Assembly: GCA_036630325.1 (NCBI GenBank)
Contig: CP142737.1
Location: 558,001 to 622,000 of the forward strand
From: Vairimorpha necatrix
Taxonomy: Eukaryota
Length of the DNA: 64,000 nucleotides
Direction: 5' to 3'
In this document: positions 48,984-61,674 of the stretch, piece after piece
Numbering within the stretch: position 1 is the first letter of the stretch
Layout: the number at the start of each line of letters is the position of its first letter
Notes under the pieces: generated by a model
The model's database searches: none
The model's input: only the letters and a program-made list of their open reading frames with translations
What the model was told of the DNA's origin: nothing
Program-made: the position numbers and the translations under genes

Positions 48984-49316
48984 TGTAAAATGTCTTTTGA
49001 CGAACGACCCCTAAAGGAGCTAAATCGGGGCAAATATATTTCAATGGATTAAAATTGTTTCTATATATTGTAGATGGCGACTCTGGACATATGAGTGGAG
49101 CAATGATTCATCCCTGCCGTTCCCGTTCTTCTTGGTGCTATATTTCAAGGGGGAAAGTTTTATATGTTTTTGTTAGTTTCTCTCATCCTGATTTGTGTAG
49201 TTGAGGGAAAAAATTATTAAAAAATATCTTTGCAATGGATCGGTCGAATAGTATATTTCTAAAAATATAAATTTTAAAGAAATAAAAAAGAATTTGTTTG
49301 TGGTAGCTATAATACA
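48984..49316 (-). repeat. Dispersed repeat (probable solo LTR), homologous to 51249-51660
   Basis: Shared blocks on the minus strand: AAAACTTT..AATA.A.CACCAA.GAAGAACGG..GGGATG and TAGCTCCT.T.GG. Ends are TGTA..TACA. Confidence 0.5.
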
Positions 49317-49449
49317 ATTGTCGTATCTACTTATAAATATTTGATATTTTCACCCCATGCAATTTATAAATAATAAAGCATTTGACAACAATATCTCAAA
49401 AGAAAAAGACAAATTTTAGTTTTAAAAAGATATAATCACTAAAAATTAC

Positions 49450-50451
49450 GGCTAAAGTAACCTTTAGCACACAATTTTCGATATAGGTTTTTTTTTGCCC
49501 CTATTTTATAAAAATGGAAGAAAGAATTTGGACAAGAGATGAACTGGAAGCGATGTATAATGAATTATCAATAAAAAGACAACATCCTGTTTGAGATAAT
49601 TGTACATCTAGGATTCGTTTACAACGTAAAGGGAAAGGCTTATTTATATGTACTTGGAAGGATTGCAAAAAGTCATTTTCTATATGGAAAGATTCTTTCT
49701 TTAAATGTTCTCACCTTAATCATTTATCACATTACAAATACTTAATCTGTGGATTCTTGGTTATCCACGTAAATATATTTGTCAAATGTTAGGTTGTACC
49801 AAAAAGTCTGTGTCCTTTATATTAACAAAATTAAAAGAAATAAACATTTATGACAAATATTTATCTTCTTTTAGTAAGATAGGCGGGGAAGATGTTGTTT
49901 TGAAATTGATGAAACTAAAATAGGAAAGAATAAACATAACAGAGGAAAATTAGTGAAGGGTTTGGTGTTTCGGTATGATAGAACGTACCATCGAACGTAG
50001 AATTTTAGGGTTATATATTAAAAAAAGAGATAAAGAAACTCTTACGGGTCATTAATTAAAATTTGTAAATATAAAAAGTACTATACATAGTGATATGTGG
50101 AGGGCTTATCATTCTTTGAATACAATATTCAATGAACACCACATGGTCAACCACTCGTTGCACTTTAGAGATCCCAATACTGGTGTTCATACCAATACCA
50201 TCGAAGGTAATTGGCGTTCCCTCAAAAATGCTATACCTAATAGAAATAGGTCATCATGCAGTGCCAAGCTTTATTTTTTTAGGTACATGATTCAAAGAAA
50301 TTCTTCTAGTTCTGTGTTTGAAGCATTAATAAATTTTTTGTTTTAATTTTTATTTTTGTTTCTTCCTCCACATTTTCTTTCTTCCATTATTATAAAATAG
50401 GGGCAAAAAAAACCCTATATCGAAAATTGTGTGCTAAAGGTTACTTTAGCC
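49450..50451 (+). mobile_element. Merlin with ~76-bp TIRs (transposase pseudogene)
   Basis: TIR GGCTAAAGTAACCTTTAGCACACAATTTTCGATATAGG...ATGGAAGAAAGAA, flanks AAAATTAC/AAAATTTC, and motifs HSDMWRAY and HTNTIEGNW. Confidence 0.93.
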
Positions 50452-51248
50452 AAAATTTCTGATGTTTCAACATTTTTTTCTTACTAATCTTGAAATTTTT
50501 TAAGGGGTGGCCATTATAAATTTCCATTACGGGTTCCAAAAGGTCCATCCCCCGGATTTCGCCATAATATGGAAAAATAAATAATATGTTGCTTACAAAT
50601 TTTCCCCAATGATAACAAATAAATAAGAAATATGATTTTAAAAGTTAAACATATGGAATGATAATCAATTGAAGATCACTCGCTTACCTTATATCTTCGA
50701 CGAACTAATTGAAGCACTTTCAAATATTTTAAAATTGATTCTAAACAGAAAAAATTACAATAAGAAGTTGATACATCTGGGCAGAAAAAACAAAGTGCAG
50801 AAATTTTGATGCAATTAACAAACACGACACTTAAGAATGTAATTATGTGAAATTTGACAAAAGGATGTATTGAATAGTAATTACAACAATAATACAAAGT
50901 TGAGATACAAAATGAAAAGGAGTATTTATTTTAAAAAGATTGAGTAATTTAACTCATCTGGAATTGGCGTGATTGTATGATTAACCGCTTCGCAAATGAA
51001 ATACTACACTTCTAAAACTTTTGAACAAGTTTATTGATACACAATTTAAAATCTGATAACAATGCACAAAAAACATTCCTTGGGTGGTATTTTAGTATTA
51101 AGTTTAATTTAGGTTTTTATTTTTTTAGTTTTGGCGTGAATCCAAACGTTTTTATTAAATAAATATAATAAGATAGTTAAAAAGAGCAACTATCGCAAAC
51201 GAATTGGTATTGTTAGTAATAAAGTAAGATATAAATTTAGTAAAGACA

Positions 51249-51660
51249 TGTCATAGGTGGTTTCGATTGCACAATAGAAGGATACCAGGTGGCCTTTATT
51301 AATAAAAGTACTATTCGCCGGGACCGAACAAATGAAAACAAATAATAAGAGCCGGCTTGCTGACTACTTTAAATTTGCCTAATCCCATAGGAGCTACCTT
51401 TGAGCAGATAGTTTAAAGAGGTATAAATGTTTTTATTAATTCGCAACTGCCTACGTAGGTTTTTAAAATGAGTATTGCCCATCCCAGTGTCTCCGTTCTT
51501 CGTTGGTGTTGTATTCCGAAGGTAAAAGTTTTGGATGCGATTGTTCTTTTCTCTCGCCCTGTACCATATGGGGGGTTGTAAAAAATAAATAATTATATTT
51601 TGGAATAGACCGGTCTAAATGGTCTACTTTAAAAGGGAAAGTGATAAAATAATAATCTCT
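51249..51660 (-). repeat. Probable solo LTR with CCC-ATG mini-ORF (MVQGERKEQSHPK...)
   Basis: Ends ...CCTATGACA on the minus strand and is homologous to 48984-49316. Confidence 0.5.
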
Positions 51661-51674
51661 TCTAATTAATTATA

Positions 51675-51976
51675 TGTGGTGTTCCCACCAGTGAGATGGC
51701 CATTTTGTGTGTAGCTTTCGAGAATGCTTCTCCCTGCACATTAATTGGTTTTATTTAAATAGTTTTTATTAATACTCCCATGCGGGTAGTAAGTAATCCT
51801 CTTGTGAGGGGGTAGATTTCCTTGTGTCCTCCTATAGTAATTGACATTATTCTCTTTATTGTTCATCCTTTTTGTGGGGTAAAATAAAAAGAAAATATTT
51901 ATAATAAAATATTTTCTAGAAAATTCACTTGGAGGAAAAATAAGAATATAAATAATAATGTGGCAATTAATACCAA
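51675..51976 (-). mobile_element. Solo LTR, diverged copy of 6238-6544
   Basis: Shared GAATTTTCTAGAAAATA, TTTTACCCCACAAAAAGGATG, CCCCTCACAAGAGGA, CAAAATGGCCATCT and AACACCACA. Confidence 0.8.
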
Positions 51977-52399
51977 TTTAAATTTATATAATTTGTACTG
52001 GTTTTTGTGTTTTTTATCTCTAGATATTTGAATTTAGGAAGGGAATAATAAGAAAACGGAAAACGAATATCCAACGTTTTCAATGCTTTAAATGCAAGCG
52101 AGAAAGCTTAGATCAACAATAAATGGCCGTTATAACTATAACATGTTCTTCCATATAACTTAAATGATTAATTGAGATTAATTTGTTACAATATAGACAT
52201 TCAAACTCGTAATCAAGCCCCGTCCGCACAAGTTTATTTTCTTTTTTAGGAGCTTGATAAAAAATCATAAAAGGCATAAGGGCAGCCCATAAATTCTCAA
52301 AACATTTAGTAATCAAATAAATTTCTTAATGAAGCATCTATTCTCTTTTTATGTCTCTATGCAGTCTTCATATGCCTTTCTTTGCTAGTAGAGATGATT

Positions 52400-54050
52400 G
52401 GACTCTTAGTCTAACATCCTTCCTTTTCTATATTTTAAAATGATACTTATATGAGTCTTCTATAGAACAAGAGATTGGATATACGCCTAGATAAATGTTG
52501 GCATATCAAGCCTTTTCCGGTGCATTTCATAGTATTTGGTAACCAGCCGTCCCATGTCAATACATACGGAATAATATCACATTTGAAGCCATACATCAGT
52601 GACACATGGTTGGCAAGAAAACCACACTCTCCTAGCTTCTGGGGTTTCACCTGCTTGAGATTATAATTAAAGTGACGCCGTTTGTAATTATGAGTCTTTC
52701 TTATTTTTTTATGCCTATAATAATAACCCTTGTTCTGTATGTTTATTTATATATCTGTCTATATTACGTGTCTATCCTCATTTCAAAGTTTTTATTTAAG
52801 ACACATCCTGGATAGAATGACTCTTGAGTTTATTTGTCGGCTTTAAAATGTATTTTTGCACGATAACAGGCGAATGCACTTTAAGACTTCATTGTGTTTT
52901 CTCTTGTATCTGATTCTAGCATTTTCGCGTCTAGACTCCAGGCTGTCAACTGTTTGATGTGCTTCTTCACGATGTGTACATTTCATTTTCTATAAAAAGA
53001 TATTGTTTATATCTTGCAATAAAAGAAGTTGGCTCTACATCTTGCTACGATGTTTCTGTGTTTACCCATATTGCCATGTCTTTTATTGACACGTTTTATC
53101 TTGGGCTCCTCCACACGATCTTTTATATTAGGTTTTTGTTTTTATCTCGTTGTACAGCCTTAGCTTTTGTGCTTCTTTTTGCATTTCTTACATTTCCTCT
53201 TGTTTTAAATTTTTTTTTGCTGATAGGAATTCTTTGCTCCCCCCTTTGCCTCTTATCGTCTTCTATAACCTTTATTATGGCTACTTCATCCTGATTGTAT
53301 TTTGAATATTCTAAAAACTCTCTTAGGGCTGGGTGCATTGCTTCGCAGCATAATGCAACGTTGCTTGTACCTCTTCCCAGTTCTTCCTTTGTTAGGAATA
53401 AACGTCGTTTATTTGCTGGTAGGAGGGAATTACAGTTTGTATTAGTATTTGTCTGATGTGTCATCTAATTCACAAAAAAAAATTATTAAAACTTAAATGT
53501 CACGATGTGTTTTACATATTTAAAGTCCAAATTCCTTAATTTTTTTGATATATTTTACCCGGATAGCTTTGTATTTTAATTCTTTAGCACTCTGTTTTGA
53601 AAATCCCGTTTAATTCTATCCTTTGTTTCTTTCGTATGCTCACTAGAGCCTTTTTTAGTTACACCTAGGCATTTGTATTTTTTATTTTAGTTTTACCACT
53701 TTTGTATTAATTTCTAGAGTATTTATTCGATTTCCTACGATTGATCTCTAGGTTGACTGCACGAAAAACTCTTCTTTTGCTTTTATCATTTTCACTAAGG
53801 GGGTTAAGTCTTTCATGAGTTTAGATCGTGATAAACAACAGATGTTTAAGCCGTAGCTTTCAGTTTTGTGCTGGTTTTTTTGGAACATAAGATATTTTCC
53901 ATTTAGAGCTCTACTAAGTAGGCTCATGAAGATGAAGAACAGCATTGGAGAGAAACCAACGTCCCGTAAAATTACTTTTTAATTCTTTTCAAAAGCATTT
54001 CATTGCTCGTATATATTTATTTCCCATTCTTCTAATCATAGATTAATAAA
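52400..54050 (-). pseudogene. Decayed non-LTR retrotransposon (R4/Dong-like, RT + restriction-like endonuclease)
   Basis: GFSPMLFFIFM (RT), CLGV, RLFLTKEELGRG, a TVD..L CCHC remnant, and CDIIPYVLTWDG at the C-terminus. Confidence 0.75.
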
Positions 54051-54756
54051 TTCGTAAACTTATATTTATACTATTTTATAAACTAATATTGTGGTTCAAC
54101 TTTATGTTATAATAAAAATATTAAAAATGGCTTTGCTTTAAACTCAAAAACAAGCACGATCAAGGTCTACATAAAAAGAAAAAAACGTGTACTGTGTTTT
54201 TTCGTTGTCTTTGATACAATTTTTTTTTTTTTTGCTAAAAAGAAATTTTTTATTTAAAAAAAAATCAAAAAATGGTTTATACAGTTCAATTTTTATTTTA
54301 TAATATGAACAAATAATTATAACATAATAATCTTCATTGTTTTACAAATCAAGAAATAAAATTATATTACGCATTACTTCTTTAAAAGTCTGCGACGGCC
54401 ATAACATTAAAAAAAACCAACAAACTTAATGCTCTCACATGAAATATAGATATTTGACAAAAATATAGCATTTTTTAGATTTGCTTAATGTTTCATATTA
54501 GCAAGCAAATTACAATAACTTTAATTGTTTTTTGGTGGTAACTTTAAAATTAAGTATAATAGTATTGTATATATTTAATAAATTTATTAAAAAAAATCAT
54601 TAATTGTGCATTTACAAATAATGTATATTTTATATGCTTTTTTATATTGAATTGAAATTCTAAATCTTTTTTTTACATTCTTTTTAATTGAATTTGTTAG
54701 TAAAAATTTATTAAAAATAACTTATATAAACAGGTAGAAGGCCGTTGAAAAAGAAT

Positions 54757-54951
54757 ATGAGAAATTATTTGTTATTGATATTACTACAATTGAAAGCTAT
54801 TAGTAGTTCGGATGAATCAGAACATGAATGTGAAGAAGAAATTGTATTTACAGAATCCGATGTTAGTTCTTTAGATGAATTATTTTTAACTCTTGTTGGC
54901 CTCGATAGAGAAATTGATAATATAATTGAAGAATTAAACAAACTGTTGTAA
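54757..54951 (+). CDS. Small putative secreted protein (64 aa), paralog of 34677-34886
   Basis: Signal-like MRNYLLLILLQLKAISS. The pattern SS.ES, EEI.FT..D.S.L..L.L and LN.L is shared with the paralog. Confidence 0.7.
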   Translation: MRNYLLLILLQLKAISSSDESEHECEEEIVFTESDVSSLDELFLTLVGLDREIDNIIEELNKLL

Positions 54952-56548
54952 TAAAATTATAGTTTAATTTAAATTAGCTTTTGAATGTAAATTTATTTTT
55001 CGATCGATTTCAATTTAAAATTGATATCAGAGATTGTTGATTTTATATTAATATTTTAAAATAAATGTTTGTAGGCGTATTTATCTTGTAACAATAGTAT
55101 GAAAATAAAAAACTCGTTAAGTTAAAAAACTTGATGCCAGATTGAGCTAAAAATTCTATATAAAAATCTTGCAGATTCCTTAGATAAAGTTTAAATCGTC
55201 TTTACAAATGTCGTAATGCTGTTTTTTGAAAGTAATCTGGAAATATACATAACATGAAACAACGTTTAAGAAGCATTAATCTAAAAATTAGGAAAAAATT
55301 AACACTTAATATGGGATATAATGCTAGTTATATGGCTAAATATAGTACGAAAAATAAAACAATAATATAATATTCATTTTTAGTCATTTACCCGCGTCTG
55401 TAAAGACGAAAGGTAATTATTTTGCTTCGGATATTTTTATCTAGTCTTAAAGCAGTGTATACCGAATCAATCACATCTTAGCATTTTGATTCAACTTTGT
55501 TTGATAACTTTAGTTTATTATTTTTTTAATAATAATTATCATCAAAAGACACGGCCAAAAATAAAACCATTAGTATGCCAAATATTTTTTTTTAAAATTT
55601 GTTGAATTCTTGAGAGCTAGAAGAGTTAAACTACATTTGAAAACCATTCACAAATAAATGGTTGTAACGCAGAAAAAATTCATCGGAGGCGGGAAAACTT
55701 TAGAGACCGTATGTATTTTTTCTCAAAAAAACCTTTTATTGTAAATTATTAATTTCGACTTATAATCCCTTATAATGTAAAGTTGTTACTGTGATATTTT
55801 TGAGGCGCCAGTAAGCTGCAGAGATTATATGTGGCTGTTGTGTAGGTACGAAGATATTAACACACGGAACATTTTGTATCGTTTCAGATACTATATATGC
55901 CATATCTATTTGTAATGGATTTAGATAATGATTTATCCGATTCTCCTCAAGCCAAGTCAAATAAATGCTGCAGATCTTGCTTATTGGCAAGTTAAATTAA
56001 AGAGTTTTCATAGGTAAGAATCATACAGTAGTGATAGATGAGTCTCTCAATCTAAAATTCTTTAGTCCTTATGTAAATTTTCTTAATTCATAGATTAGCA
56101 AATAAAAGAAAGGTTAAGTTGTTTTTTTATGTAATATGCCATACTCGTTAATAGTGTATTTAAAATATATTGTCTAAGCAAGAGCAGCAAACAATAAATA
56201 GCAATCAAATTGAAAAAGCATGTCCTTTGAGCAAAACAAAAGTACGATGCATTGATCATTCTCTGATATATTCACAAACTGCTAATCTTAAACAAACAAG
56301 GAATTTACGGCGGAACGATCTGAGCCCGGACCTTTTTTTTCTGTCTTTAGGGGAACTAGAGAGAAACAAAAAAATAATAATAATAATAAAAGCATTTTAC
56401 TCTAAAAAACTTCAATATTTTCAATAAAAATTCTTCTGAAACTCTTGATATTTTATATATTGCGCACTCTTTTCTCAATTTAAATTCCCCCAAACATGAT
56501 CGCACTTACTTTGATCCGTTTTCTAGCAATTATATCCCATTTAAAATC

Positions 56549-58342
56549 GGCAAGCCGATTTTTCGGCCTTAGGCCGAAAAATCGGTCTTTCGGCCCAAAA
56601 AAAATTATTTTAAAATACCCCAATGGATAATTTATCCCACGAAGAACTGTGTGAAGTTCGTTCCAAAAGAGGAGGAAGAAAGATATTATATGCAGGACAT
56701 GCGTATAATTTCAGATATAACGGAAAAGAAAAAATAATATGAAGATGTAGAGCAGAAAACTGCACTTCTAAACTTCATACAAATTTAGATTGTAGTTTTT
56801 TAAGCGTTACCCCCCACAACCACGAGCCAGACTTCGACAAAAATAAATTCGAATATTCCTACGGTCAAATCTTAAAACGGGCAGAGGAAACTGCCGAGGC
56901 GTCAAGAATTATAATTTTTGACGCGTTGAAAGAATATTCTAATGAAGCTTTAAAAAAACACCTGATATCTTTAGTATTAGGGATAGAATTAAGAGAATGC
57001 GAAACGGGAGGCATAGTTACTCAACTCCCGATAAAACCGATATCACAAATTCAATTAAATATTTGCCTACAGGCGAATTATTTGTGCAATTTGATTCTGG
57101 GATAGAAGATAAGGAAAGAGTCGTGATTCTTTGCACGCTAGAAAATTTAATTCACCTTGAGAATACTAAAACTGTTTTAATGATTGGTACTTTCAAGTTT
57201 GCTCCATCTAAGTTCAAGCAACTCTATACTCTAGTCGCGTATATCAATACTAAGTACATTCCTTTGGTATTTATACTAATGTTAAAAAAAATGAGGCATC
57301 ATATAAGAAAATATGTGATTTTATAGTGGAAAAAGCACCAAATTTTAACCCTAAATGTTTTAATTTAGATTTTGAATTAGCACCAAGAAAAGCTTTCAAA
57401 ACAGCTTTTCCTGCCGCAGTTTTCTATGGGTGCAATTTTCATTTTTCCCAGATTATTTATAGGAAAGTGCAAGAGTTGAAAGTGAGCACGTTGTATCAAA
57501 ATGATATCGAATTTAAAATGAATATAAGAAGGATTTTAGCGTTAAGTTTTGTTAAACCTATTGAGGTTCTAAATTATTTTGGTCTGATTAAAGAAAAGCT
57601 TATGTCAAGGAGTGATAGAAAGAGATATGAAACAATTTTAGGATTTGTATTTAAAAATTATATTGACATTGACGCAGAAGAGATTTTATTTTGGAATGTT
57701 TAAAACCGAGTATTACATAAGTTACCAAGAACTACGAATAGTTTAGAAGGATTTCATAGATCGCTTGATAATCTTTTTACTGTAGCAAATCCGGATTTGG
57801 GTGTTTTTGGAGAAAGGTTACATGAGGAGCATTTGAAAAGCAGGCAAAAAATTCTACGCGCTTATTACAAGTTCTTTAAAGTAAATGAAAAGTGTAAAAA
57901 TATATAAGAGAAATATATATATGATATTGTATCCAATTTTGAAACCATAGACGCGCTTGATTATTTATTTCAAATTTCATCTACTCTTGAATACCCTTTT
58001 ACATTATTAAATTAATATTAGTTATTATGTTTAGTTTTATTGTTTTTTTATATTAGTTATTTTTTTTTATATTATTTATTTTTATTTAATTTTTATTTAT
58101 TTATTTATTTATTTTTTTTATTTTTTTTTTTATTTTTTTTTTTATTTTTTTTTTTATTTTTTTTTTTATTTTTTTTTTTATTTTTTTTTTTATTTTTTTA
58201 TTTATTTTTTTATTTTTTTATTTATTTTTTTTTTTATTTTTTTTTTTATTTTTTTATTTATTTTTTTTTATTTTTTTACTTTTTTATTTTTTTTAGGCCG
58301 AAAGACCGATTTTTCGGCCTAAGGCCGAAAAATCGGTCAGCC
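56549..58342 (+). mobile_element. MULE (Mutator-like) DNA transposon, FLYWCH + DDE transposase pseudogene (56623-~58010)
   Basis: ~47-bp TIR with internal palindrome CCGATTTTTCGGCC-T.A-GGCCGAAAAATCGG. Motifs GHAYNF..RC..C..HNH, GTFK, QLYTL, LDFELA, GCNFHFSQ and RTTNSLEGFH. Confidence 0.9.
58060..58294. repeat. (TnA) low-complexity tandem array in the MULE 3' subterminal region
   Basis: Runs of roughly 3-11 T separated by single A. Confidence 0.9.
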
Positions 58343-60586
58343 TTTTCTCAATTTAAATTCCCCCAAACATGATCGCACTTACTTTGATCCGTTTTCTAGC
58401 AATTATATCCCATTTAAAATCATGTCAGAATCCCTGATTTTATTTGTGGGCTCTGCTGCTTGTTTTTAAATCCTTAATCAGTGACTACAACGCAAAAATC
58501 AACTTAGTTAGATTTTACTTCTGCGGGATAAGATTTATGCATATCATTTATGCAAATAGTATTGTTTTATGTATTTTTGAAAAAAATGAGTCATCGTCAG
58601 GATAGTCCGTTAGGTTCTATCTCAATTCTAACCTTCCCTTAACTATTATACCAACCAACAATTACAGTTTTTGATTGTTTCAGTTCTTTTTAGTGGCGAT
58701 TTGACATATTTACAATTACTATAACCCTTTTATAGGTCTGTGTCACTTCTTTAACCCTAAAATTTTTTGTTGTCATAAATTTTTCTTTTTCAGTGCTTCG
58801 TATATTTTTTTTAGCCCTGAAGACACTGGAAGCTGACACACGAAAATTTTTGTTTAAGTTTAGTGTAGACTGCTTTTCAGTAAATGAATACAGAACATAC
58901 AAATAATTACGTATAAGTATTGGGGACTAGAAAATGAAGTTTTATCAGAAACTCCTATTGATGCTCTACATCCCCTTCCCCTACACTTAAACCGTTGTCA
59001 GTCTATGTAAGAATTGTCAGGAGTTAATACCACTATTCCAGGACAGTTTTTACATTCTAAGGCTGTTTTTAGTATATTTTCATTCACTAGCCAACATATT
59101 GACTTACGTAGGCCTTAGAATATTTTTGACCTACTGTCAAGTGACTCCAGACATACAATAAGAATAAAATGATTTTGAAAAAACTACCAAAAAACAAAAA
59201 AGTTTAAAGCTCAGGAAATTTTAACCCGAATGATATTTAAACAAATATGTAAAATTTCTACTCTTGGGGATATGGTTCGTAAAAAAACATGTCCTCGTTT
59301 TACAATCTGTGCCCGGATTCAGTACGTAAAAAATAGGGGGAGTCTGGGCTCGGGCCGTTGCGCCGAATTTACTTACACTAAGGGTCGAGAGCTATGTAAG
59401 GGGGAAGGGTCTCGCCCAAGACAAAATATCATCGCCATATGGAATTTTTTGTTGTATGGGGTTCCTGAAAATAACTAGGACTTTTGTATAATTATCGGAG
59501 AAGGGTTGTAGTTAAAAACATGTGTCCTAAAAACCTCTTAACACATTAAAATGCTCTCACTCTTTCCCCCTTGTCCTTATATACTTCTATATCGCTAAAG
59601 TCGTCTTTAAAATCCCCCTTTCGAACAAAATAAAAAACGAACTAATAGAAGCAAAATAATAAGAGTTTTAAACTATAATGTTATAGCACATAAGAAACTA
59701 TAATAGATTAAGAACATTACGAAGGTGAGATGGCTAATATGTAAGATCTTTTGAGTATTTTTTTGCAAGCTTTATAAAGCGTGAATAGTGCATTGTCACA
59801 ACTATTAGAAAATATCTAATCGATGTTTTGTTTTAAAAAAGAAAAGAATGACATCATCATTAAAAATTTAGAATACTACTTTATTTGTACTTTTACATTC
59901 TAAAATCTTCTACATTTCATAGGTGCGATACAAAATAACAGATTAAATATATAGTATTTTAATAATTTAAATAAAATTCCCCGCCCTATCTACAATGCAC
60001 GCAGAAGTTTTATTTTTTTTTATTTTTGATATTCGAAATGGTAAAAACGCGAAGGAGTAAATATATATTCTATAATGTAAAAAAATGGTCTTATTAAAAT
60101 CTAGTTTGCCATATAAATAAAAATAAAAAACAAACCCTCTTAAAAAAATATTGTTAATTTTTAGTTATAAATGTCTAAATAAAAATCTAATTATTTAAGA
60201 AATATTCATATGTAATGGATATTCTATTTTGCAATTGTTGGATGTGTCCCATACAATTTTATGATGTTTAAACGAATTTCAGCTTTGAAATTGCGGTGTT
60301 TAGAATATACTTACTAATTTATCCTTTTAATGTTTCATAAGTTTTTTAGACGAATACAAAAAGCATTATACAATTTTTTTAACATTGATAGGTCATTAAA
60401 AAATAAATACTATTAATTATGGTATATAAACTCATTAAATTAAATTTTTTTTAAATATAACTATTTATTTCCTACATAATATCATTTAAATCATTTTCAT
60501 CCGAATACGATAATATTTGTTGTACAAAAAAATCCCCGATCAAAAGAAGGGGAAGCCAAATTGACGAATCAAAAAATATTGTTTTA

Positions 60587-61140
60587 TGTAGTGTTCCCAC
60601 CGGGGAGGCAATTAAATCGTAAAAAGTACTTCGTAACGCCGAAATTCAAATTCCTTGTTCTTTTATTATAATATATTTATTTATTGTTGTTTATGATCTT
60701 ACATTCTCTTAATCTATTTGTGGCCGTGTAAAACAAAGAGAAAAACACTTATATAAAATATTTTATAGTCTAAAATTTTTGCGAAAAAAATAAAACATGC
60801 GTCAAAAAAATGCAACCGACCCCCCATAGGAAGGCGATTTCTTTGTAAAAAAAAACGTAAAGAATCCTTTCTGTAATGCCGTTTTGGCATTTAAACTATA
60901 ATTATTTTTATTTAGTTGCCCGGGGGATATTGCTGTTCCTTCTAAAGGGGGATGGGATGGACTATACTCTTCAGTTGTCTTCTCTGGTATAGTTTGTTTC
61001 TTTTCTTCTAATGTCAAACTTAAAATTAGGCGTAGAATAAAAGGAAATATTTATACCAAATGTTTTCTAGCAAAAAAGCATTTGAAAGATAAGAAATAAC
61101 AACAAAATCAAGTGGCAAAAAATGCTGCCATGATACTACA
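60587..61140 (-). repeat. Possible solo LTR
   Basis: TGTAGT...ACTACA ends. The start TGTAGTGTTCCCACC resembles TGTGGTGTTCCCACC at 51675. No clean TSD. Confidence 0.3.
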
Positions 61141-61674
61141 GATTATTTTATTGTTATATTTCATTTTTTTCTGGGAGGTTTTTTTGTTTTTTTTTCTGCT
61201 TCAACTTTTATAGGGACATACATACAAATTCAATAATAAAATTATATATATATATATACATGAAAAGAGGCACTAAAGTGCCGGCCCTAGTGGCAACAGT
61301 GACTTGGTATAATGTGTATATGTGTCTTTTTCCATATATGGCTTTTTATTTGCTAGTAAAATCGTTTACCATCATGATATACCTTTAATAAATAATGTTT
61401 AGTGTATTATGTTTAAAATAATCTCTCCGTGCTTTTCATAATATTTTTGGATGGGTAAAATATTTATTATTTAAAGTAAATATTTTACAGTACGCACCCA
61501 GGCCAAGTGACTACGATAAAGTAATTACAAATAATTATATAACAAGATCTATCCTGCGACATGTTGGTTTATTTTTTAGCTATCAATTTAATTAATAAAA
61601 TTTTTTAATTTTATTCTTAATTTTTCTCCTAATATTGTAAAAAGGCAATTTTTTATACCTAATATATATAAAGC

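Larger units (their letters stand above)
56470..58421. repeat. 79-bp perfect direct duplication flanking the MULE (56470-56548 and 58343-58421)
   Basis: TTTTCTCAATTTAAATTCCCCCAAACATGATCGCACTTACTTTGATCCGTTTTCTAGCAATTATATCCCATTTAAAATC abuts both TIRs. Confidence 0.93.
56309..59364 (-). mobile_element. Old Merlin carrying a nested MULE
   Basis: Imperfect TIR GGCGGAACGATCTGAGCCCGGAC / GTCTGGGCTCGGGCCGTTGCGCC, TSD GAATTTAC on both sides, and remnants LECKNC, FKCRGRGC and DMHKSYP. Confidence 0.85.

Noticed and set aside
58040-58372. 110-aa Phe-rich 'membrane protein' ORF
   Set aside because: It is a translation of the (TnA) array and the MULE TIR.
58570-58615. Minus-strand CTGACGA resembling a hammerhead ribozyme core
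   Set aside because: There is no GAAA or stem III, and it lies within decayed Merlin coding sequence.
58690-58902. Possible GIY-YIG/Penelope endonuclease fragment
   Set aside because: It is colinear with the Merlin zinc-ribbon and DDE remnants and fits that element's HTH region.
59300-59460. GC-rich, foldable stretch suggesting a structured ncRNA
   Set aside because: It is largely explained by the TIR, internal TIR copy and TSD of Merlin 56309-59364. No RNase P/MRP/SRP motifs were recognised.
61266-61300. Small hairpin followed by CTAG (Helitron 3' end?)
   Set aside because: No 5' TC end or Rep/helicase remnant was found, and the spacing is short.
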